A stretch of 64,000 nucleotides of DNA, taken from assembly GCA_030141605.1 (NCBI GenBank), contig JAQGDQ010001006.1, forward strand, positions 7,131 to 71,130, in the 5' to 3' direction. Numbering within the stretch: the stretch's first letter is position 1; every line of letters starts with the position of its first letter. Positions 57,393 to 64,000 of the stretch are shown here, piece after piece. Made by a program: the position numbers and the translations under genes. The stretch comes from Tubiluchus corallicola (taxonomy: Eukaryota; Animalia; Priapulida). The notes under the pieces were generated by a model. That model saw only the letters and a list, made by a program, of their open reading frames with translations. It was not told the DNA's origin and did no database searches.

Positions 57393-58748
57393 ATGGGTTT
57401 ATTTCATTTCTTTTTGTGTATATTTACTTATTTAAGGTCCTTTCTATACTCAAAGCCTAAAAAGCAAGAAAATATAGCTGAACAGGCAAGCACGAATATG
57501 AAAAGGTCTGGTGCCATTAGAAAAAGGCCAACATTACAGAACATATCTGCTGCTGTTCAAAAAGCACCTAAACTTGAGCAGGATGTTCATGAAATTTCAG
57601 ATTTAACACTGGGCTCACCCATTTTGGGCACCAGTGATGGTAAAAATATCAATCTGATTTATGATGGTAATTTACCTCAGTCAAAAATGAGACAAAATCC
57701 ATCTCATTGGTCCACAGATGGTAATGTGTCTGAAGTCAGTGAAACGATGCCTTCATTCACAGCACCCAGGGCTGGGGAAACACCATCTTCTACTACATGG
57801 CACTCACCTTCAACAAACTTGAAAAGATTAAGTGCAATGTCTGAAATGGGAAGGTCAGCTAAAGAGAAAAAGCCACCCATTTTTAAGTCTGGTAACAGCC
57901 TTCAATTTAGACAGTTCATTGCCAAATTTGAAATTGTGGCCAGATATAATCAGTGGTCGAGGACAGAGTGGGTAACTCAGTTGATGCTGTGTTTAGAAGG
58001 GGATGCTCTTGAAATAGTAATGGATTTTAATGAGACCTCTGATATTACATACAGTGAAGTTGTAGAAGCTCTGGCACGCAGGTTTGACCCTGCTGAACGT
58101 ATGCTCCAATATAGGAGTGAATTACGTAGTAGGATGAGAAAACCTAATGAAACCCCGGAGGAGTATGGTGCAGTAATACGTAGAATGTTTAGTATGGCAT
58201 ACCCAGAACTTCCACGCGATACGTGTGAAGAACTTCTGGTGGATAAATATCTAGAAGGGCTTGGGGATGTTGAAGTGCATAAGCATACGAGTCTCCAAGA
58301 ACCAAAAACTTTGGATGAAGCAGTCACTAAAGTGGCTCAGTATGAAGCTGTTTGCAGGGAAACAGCAGATGTAAAAATTAAAAAACGTATTCCTCCAAGG
58401 ATTAATCAGGTCACGTCTCAGCGTAATGCTGAAAAAGATGTTACCTTGAAAGAAATTTTGAAAGAGCTAACTAGCTTAAAGGAACAGTTGCTTGCTCTCA
58501 AAGCTGAAAAACAAGATTCAGCTGCCATCAAACAGCAGCAAGTCAATTCGACTTTACAAGCTCAAGATAGATATCCTAACATACGAAACCCCGACTTAGA
58601 ATGTTTCTATTGTCATAAGAAAGGTCATATAATCAGAAACTGTAGGGAGAGATTCCCAAAGAGAGTACAGCTCAAGATTTCTGATTCGAAAGACTTGCCT
58701 AGTGTAGAATCAGTCACTGCCATAAAGGCTGCTGATTCGTTAAACTAA
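57393..58748 (+). CDS. gag: Gag (451 aa) with capsid-like region and CCHC zinc knuckle
   Basis: Uninterrupted ORF after the PBS; LEGDAL, RKPNETPEEY and CFYCHKKGHIIRNC motifs. Confidence 0.92.
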   Translation: MGLFHFFLCIFTYLRSFLYSKPKKQENIAEQASTNMKRSGAIRKRPTLQNISAAVQKAPKLEQDVHEISDLTLGSPILGTSDGKNINLIYDGNLPQSKMRQNPSHWSTDGNVSEVSETMPSFTAPRAGETPSSTTWHSPSTNLKRLSAMSEMGRSAKEKKPPIFKSGNSLQFRQFIAKFEIVARYNQWSRTEWVTQLMLCLEGDALEIVMDFNETSDITYSEVVEALARRFDPAERMLQYRSELRSRMRKPNETPEEYGAVIRRMFSMAYPELPRDTCEELLVDKYLEGLGDVEVHKHTSLQEPKTLDEAVTKVAQYEAVCRETADVKIKKRIPPRINQVTSQRNAEKDVTLKEILKELTSLKEQLLALKAEKQDSAAIKQQQVNSTLQAQDRYPNIRNPDLECFYCHKKGHIIRNCRERFPKRVQLKISDSKDLPSVESVTAIKAADSLN

Positions 58749-58822
58749 GCAGGGCCGGGCACGGGGCCAGTGTTCCGGTCAGCAACTTAAAGGCCCTGGG
58801 AAGTCTATCTCGCACTGGCCCC
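58739..58822 (+). promoter_or_regulatory. Putative -1 ribosomal frameshift signal (slippery G-TTA-AAC plus a predicted pseudoknot)
   Basis: Heptamer sits just before the gag stop; pol is in the -1 frame and open from 58742. Stem 58753-58762/58770-58780; loop GGGGCCA is complementary to TGGCCCC at 58816-58822. Confidence 0.75.
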
Positions 58823-61618
58823 GGAGCCATCATCAAAGAGATAGAAACAGTTCCGAATTGGGAAGACCATTTAGCTCTTCCTTATTCTGACCATAGTGAT
58901 AATTATATTTTTCCAATCGAACACAAGCCATGTTGGCATGTGGAAATAATGGTAAATAATTTTAGTATAAATTTTGTGGTGGACACAGGTGCCAGTGCAA
59001 CAATTTTGGACTTGCACCTGTACTACACTCTGCCCGAGGATGATAGACCTGAACTCCGCTATTCGGAGAAAAATTTGCAAGCTGCTAGTGGCCATTTATT
59101 AAATCAGATTGGAGAAGCTGATTTTGAAATTGAATTGGCTGGCATACACTCTGTAGTTACAATGGTTGTTGCTTCTGTTGGCGGACCGTTTGGAATATTG
59201 GGTTTGGATATTTTGGAAGAGAAAAATGCTATATTCAATGTACAGCAAGGAATTCTCTTTATAGATGATTTATCCATCCCATGTTTTAAAAATCCGGAAG
59301 AAGAATGGGATGAATATCCTGGTCGTTTAGATGACCATGAAGCTTATCCTGTTGCAAAAGTGCAGCCTATTCCAAACAGTGATGAAATAACCTCCATATG
59401 TCCAGAACATTTGCAGAGTTTGATAGATAGTGTTGATTCAACCCTCTCTTCGGAGCAAAAGAACCAAGTTGCAAATCTCTTGGTACAGTTTGTAGAAGCA
59501 TTTGTTGGGCCAAGTAACAGGTTTGGCAGAACTGCTATTGTCAAACATGTGATTGATACTGGCACAGCACGCCCTATAAAACAGGCACCTAGAAGGTTGC
59601 CTGAGAAAAAAATAGCTGCTGCTGAAGCAGAATTAGAGAGAATGTTGGCCGAAGATATAATCGAGCCAAGCTGTAGCCCATGGGCATCACCCATTGTTTT
59701 AATTCCTAAGAAAGATGGCAGTTTTCGTTATTGCATCGATTATAGGAAACTGAATGATGTCACATATAAAGATGCATATCCATTACCACGAATTGAAGAA
59801 GTTTTTGATGCCCTTAGAGGTTCATGTTGGTTCTCAACTTTTGATTTGGCCAACGGTTTCTGGCAAGTTGAAATGTCAGAAGAATCTAAGGCAAAAACTG
59901 CCTTTGCCACAAGACAAGGGCTCTACCAATTTAAGGTGATGCCCTTTGGTCTTTCCAATGCACCAGCCACCTTTGAACGTTTGATGGAAACAGTGCTCCG
60001 AGGTTTACAGTGGAGCCACTGTTTGATATACCTGGATGATATCATTGTCTTTGGTAAAAGTTTCACAGAAGCAATGAGCAACTTGCACTTAGTATTTGAA
60101 CGTCTGAGAAATGCCAATTTGAAAATAAAGGCATCTAAGAGTAAGCTGTTTCAAACAAGCGTAAAATTTCTGGGACATGTTGTGTCTGGTGATGGTATAA
60201 GAACTGACCCAGAGAAAATTTCTGTTGTGCAAAATTGGAAAATTCCAAGCACACAGACTGAAATGCGAAGTTTTCTAGGATTCGCATCATACTACAGAAG
60301 GTTTATACCACAGTTTGCATCCATTGCAGCTCCACTTTCTGCTTTAACCGGGAAGGGAGTGGCCTTTCAGTGGGATAATTCTTGCACTGAAGCTTTCAAT
60401 GCATTAATTGATCACTTAACTAAAAGCCCAGTGTTGTCATATCCAACGGCTGATGATCAATTCATCTTGGATACTGATGCTTGTGACACTGGAATAGGTG
60501 GTATATTGTCGCAACTCCAAGAAGGAGAAGAAAAAGTCATAGCTTATGCTAGTCGAACTTTGAGTCAATCTCAAAAGAAATATTGTACAACCAAGAAAGA
60601 ACTTCTGGCTGTAATTACATTTGTTAAGCAGTTCCATCATTATTTGTGGGGTAGATTCTTCCGTATCCGCACCGATCATGCTGCATTAACCTGGCTGATT
60701 AACTTTAGAGAGCCAGAAGGTATGGTAGCACGTTGGATATCCATACTGGACACCTATGATTTCAGTGTTGAACATCGTAAAGGTAGCCAGCATGGAAATG
60801 CTGATGGGTTATCCCGACTGTTCCAGTCTGCGTTGATAGTGGCAAAATGTCCACGTGAGGATTGTAATGATACCAGACATAAAGTGTCAGAGAAAATTTG
60901 TAATGTTTCTAGGGGATTGTCTTCTCAGAATGTGACCGATCTGCTGCAGCCAGTGGTGCATTTAAGCAGTAGTGACGTGAAGCCAAAGAGTGTTGCTTTG
61001 AATGTTCACGGGGATGAACATAAAAGTTCTGAGAGTGACATAATTACGGTCCCATCACTGGAGTTGTCTGTTAAGATGGTGAAACCCAGAAGGGGGGAGA
61101 TGAATCCTATTGGAGGACCAAGGGAAAGCATACCACATGACTTGGATGCTGACAGTCCCTTTGATGAAAGAGCCTCCATAGGACCAGTGCAAAGCCCTCC
61201 TGATTTACCATTTGACATCTCAAAATGGCGCCTAAAGGAATTACAAGAGCAAGATGAAGCTATAGATTTCTTTAGGGTGCGAATTAGTGATGGAGAAACT
61301 AAACCTAATTTTCAAGAAATAGCTGACAAGAGTTCAGATTTTAGAACATACTGGAACTTATGGGATACCTTGGAAATATATGATGGACTGCTGTACAAAC
61401 GATTTGAGACTAGCATAACCCCTAGCTCTCCAACAAGGCAGTTGATTGTGCCGTATGGATTGCGATGGGAGATTTTTAATCATCTACATAGTCCTAGAAC
61501 TGGTGCACATCAGGGTGTGCACAGAAGTATAGCGAAATTGAAACAGCACTTTTACTGGCCTGGATATCAAAATGATGTTAAAAGATGGTATGAATACATC
61601 ACGATTCAAATGCAATAA
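58742..61618 (+). CDS. pol: Pol: protease, reverse transcriptase, RNase H, truncated integrase N-terminus
   Basis: VVDTGAS, SPWASPIVL, CIDYRKLN, MPFGLSNAPATF, YLDD, LDTDAC, KELLAV, TDHAAL, NADGLSR, then HSPRTGAHQG..FYWPG and a stop; no CxxC and no DDE core. Confidence 0.93.
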   Translation, partial: KLSRAGHGASVPVSNLKALGSLSRTGPGAIIKEIETVPNWEDHLALPYSDHSDNYIFPIEHKPCWHVEIMVNNFSINFVVDTGASATILDLHLYYTLPEDDRPELRYSEKNLQAASGHLLNQIGEADFEIELAGIHSVVTMVVASVGGPFGILGLDILEEKNAIFNVQQGILFIDDLSIPCFKNPEEEWDEYPGRLDDHEAYPVAKVQPIPNSDEITSICPEHLQSLIDSVDSTLSSEQKNQVANLLVQFVEAFVGPSNRFGRTAIVKHVIDTGTARPIKQAPRRLPEKKIAAAEAELERMLAEDIIEPSCSPWASPIVLIPKKDGSFRYCIDYRKLNDVTYKDAYPLPRIEEVFDALRGSCWFSTFDLANGFWQVEMSEESKAKTAFATRQGLYQFKVMPFGLSNAPATFERLMETVLRGLQWSHCLIYLDDIIVFGKSFTEAMSNLHLVFERLRNANLKIKASKSKLFQTSVKFLGHVVSGDGIRTDPEKISVVQNWKIPSTQTEMRSFLGFASYYRRFIPQFASIAAPLSALTGKGVAFQWDNSCTEAFNALIDHLTKSPVLSYPTADDQFILDTDACDTGIGGILSQLQEGEEKVIAYASRTLSQSQKKYCTTKKELLAVITFVKQFHHYLWGRFFRIRTDHAALTWLINFREPEGMVARWISILDTYDFSVEHRKGSQHGNADGLSRLFQSALIVAKCPREDCNDTRHKVSEKICNVSRGLSSQNVTDLLQPVVHLSSSDVKPKSVALNVHGDEHKSSESDIITVPSLELSVKMVKPRRGEMNPIGGPRESIPHDLDADSPFDERASIGPVQSPPDLPFDISKWRLKELQEQDEAIDFFRVRISDGETKPNFQEIADKSSDFRTYWNLWDTLEIYDGLLYKRFETSITPSSPTRQLIVPYGLRWEIFNHLHSPRTGAHQGVHRSIAKLKQHFYWPGYQNDVKRWYEYITIQMQ

Positions 61619-62409
61619 ATGCACATTTAATGGTGGATCATTGCAAGCAATGTCTCGACACTGGAAGCAATGCCACGCTGGTCGGGCAATGCCCCAGAGA
61701 TGGCCATTAATGGGAGCAGCTGAATTAAAGCCGCCGATGGCCAGAGACAATGGCCAAGGACATTATGGAGCTCATAGCCTTGGCAGGCCATCACGCCAGC
61801 CATCTCCTACAGTTCGAATTCCCACTAGGGTTAAACAACCAATAGCTCCATGGCGTCGTCCGCAACCACTAGTCCCTGTGAGGAGATGTGATGAAAAAGG
61901 TAGTACTAGTGGAGCAAATGGCTCATATATGACCTCCAAACTACCGTCCCTTATCCAAAAAACTATCGGAATTGGAAGAGAGTACATGGAGTTACAGAAG
62001 CAGGTGTTGGAAGAAATTTATAATCTGTTGGCTCCTGTGGACCCAAGACTAACCCCCAAACTACCAGTGGCTGACAAAAGCACATCTACCACTACTCATG
62101 GGGAATCTTCGGGTCATACTAAACCCACTGATGATTCCCACAGGGAGAAATCGCTCTGTAAAATCAGATTGAAACGAAAAAGGTCGTCCGAAGAGCGATT
62201 GGGGAAAGAAAGTTCCCCAATCAATGAGAAAAAAGGTGGAACAAGCTTCCTCTTGTGTAGTGGAACCTGAAGTCCCCACCCAAACTCCTTTGGATGAGAA
62301 ATCCATTAGTCCGTTAGGAATGAAACGCACTAGACGTCTTTCATCAACCTCTTCCAGTTCGAGCTCAAGTGATAGTGAGACCAGCAGCTCCTGTGGTAAT
62401 CGTGACTAA
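61590..62409 (+). CDS. Accessory ORF3 of the Gypsy element with an N-terminal C2H2 zinc finger (61590-62270; probable frameshifted continuation to 62409)
   Basis: MNTSRFKCNKCTFNGGSLQAMSRHWKQCH fits C-x2-C-x12-H-x4-H; then a Pro/Arg-rich linker, an amphipathic helix and KIRLKRKR; a Ser-rich tail follows in another frame after the A6 run at 62229-62234. Confidence 0.65.
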
Positions 62410-62960
62410 AAGATGTAACCAGGATAAAATTATGCCATTTAAGTATCTGTTTACAATTTAGAATAGATTAAGATACTGTATTGCGTTTACGCTTCCTATA
62501 TAGATCCATTTTTGTAATCTTGTATGTAATTTTGTAGATTACATAATCATTTTTTATGCATTTTTTTATACCTCATGTATTCAGTATTAAGAAAAGAAGG
62601 TGCAATATTCAGTGTGTTAAAATTACTTTGTTAAATGTTTAGTTCGTGTTAACGTTTTTGCTAGAGATTTTGTATTTTGAAAAATATATATATTTTATAA
62701 AAATGTATTTCGCACGTCTTAATAAAGTAAAGAATTTTTGCAATTTAAAGTTACTGTCTGACATATTGTACTATTGGAGTGTTGATATGACACAGTTACG
62801 AACCAGCACTTGTTTTGTTACTTTCAAACAAGTGCATCAAGTAAAGATACCTACCGAAGTATCTACAACAAAGACTTACAAAAAGTGGGCAGAGCTTTGT
62901 TAACTTCACCAATACTGCAATGAAGTGTGCAACTGCACAAAAAATGATTCCTATTTTTGA

Positions 62961-62996
62961 CCACCTGAGGGCAGGTGGAGTAATTTAGAAGGGGGG
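62961..62996 (+). promoter_or_regulatory. Hairpin plus polypurine tract
   Basis: CCACCTG-AGGG-CAGGTGG stem-loop, then AGAAGGGGGG 2 nt before the 3' LTR. Confidence 0.85.
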
Positions 62997-62998
62997 TG

Positions 62999-63995
62999 TG
63001 TGGTGTTTTTGCCTTGTTTAAAACCCACCTAACCCTTGCTACAATAAATAATGTCTTCGCTGGAAGCGGACATGTTTGTTTACAAAATCAACTTTGCAAC
63101 CCGCCGATAGAGGGCGCGCAACAAGGAATCATGCCAATCGAGAGCCGTTGGGATGCTCGGTAAACCAATTAATTTACCGAAGATTATTTTTGGTAGAGCT
63201 TAACAAATTGTTACTATTTGTTAGCTGCAAAATAATTAGAAGAAAGCAGATGACAAAGTATACAGTAAAATAAGCAATTTAATAGCTTGTTAAGAAGATG
63301 CCAATGGAAATAAGTAGCAGTTGCTCAAAACCCTCATTACACATGCAGTATGGTATCACTTGGCAACGCGCATGCGCAGAGCACTGCATTTGTGTATAAA
63401 AACAAGAGTTTTAGCCGTGATCAATGCCTTTTTGCCCTGCTGTGACAAAAGCAGTAAAAACAAAAACCCTGCTGAGATAAAAGCAGTGAAAATCAAACCT
63501 GAAATAAAGGTGAGACATTAAAACTCAAACTTCCAAGTTGAAGGATGAAATAACTCAAATTGCCATAGTCACATGAACTTGTGACTAAATTGAGGCAAAG
63601 AAGTACAGATATTTATCTGACAAATTGAACAGCCCACTGCATTCTGAAATAGAATGATGTAACTTTAAATTAACAATGTGCCATTTTCAACATTCAATTT
63701 GAAGTTTGCTCTGAATAATGAAGCTGAAGACATCAACTTGTATTGGAGTGTTTACTCCTACTATTGTATCTGATTTATGATTAGAAAATAAACTGGTTAA
63801 ACTTAATTTCTCATTATTTGCATTTTCCTTCCACTGGTTCAGTGTAATCCAATTTGGTACACATATGCAGAAATGGACCCAAACTTCACACCTACACTAT
63901 TACCATAGTGAGGTTAATGTACTTGTGGTGCACACAATTCATTCCCCTAGACAACAAAAACGATAATAATGCCAAACAGTGCAAACCACATTACA
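62999..63995 (+). repeat. 3' LTR (997 bp)
   Basis: Direct repeat of the 5' LTR; 12 substitutions and 1 indel counted by eye. Confidence 0.96.
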
Positions 63996-64000
63996 TTATT

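Larger units (their letters stand above)
56324..63995 (+). mobile_element. Ty3/Gypsy LTR retrotransposon, 7.67 kb, lacking the integrase core
   Basis: Two ~1-kb TG...CA LTRs, 4-bp TSD TTAT (56320-56323 / 63996-63999), PBS, PPT, gag, and pol in PR-RT-RH-IN order. Confidence 0.97.

Overview
AT-rich, intron-containing animal DNA, probably an invertebrate protostome because it carries multi-exon ionotropic receptor (IR) genes; the taxon cannot be fixed from sequence alone. Host genes: (1) the last three exons of V-ATPase subunit H (+, 9-2600); (2) a 6-exon, ~920-aa gene with an FSIP2-like N-terminal domain (+, 11689-25263); (3) two tandem 13-exon IR/variant iGluR genes on the - strand, A (26537-38424, intact) and B (39689-48042, one frameshift), plus a near-identical inverted partial copy of B (55032-56323); (4) two terminal exons of a Pro/Gln-rich, possibly STAM-like gene (-, 50942-51878). 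Mobile DNA: a 4.2-kb hAT transposon with a 6-bp TSD, three solo LTRs of one family, several MITEs, LINE/SINE remnants, and a 7.7-kb Ty3/Gypsy element (56324-63995) with a tRNA-Pro PBS, a -1 gag-pol frameshift signal, no integrase core and an extra ORF starting with a C2H2 zinc finger. Tandem arrays include two unrelated 50-bp satellites of almost the same length, a 43-bp array that repeats a real splice donor, and a 72-bp array that repeats a transposon end. No CRISPR array, rRNA or intact tRNA was found. Coordinates and difference counts were read by eye and should be confirmed by alignment.
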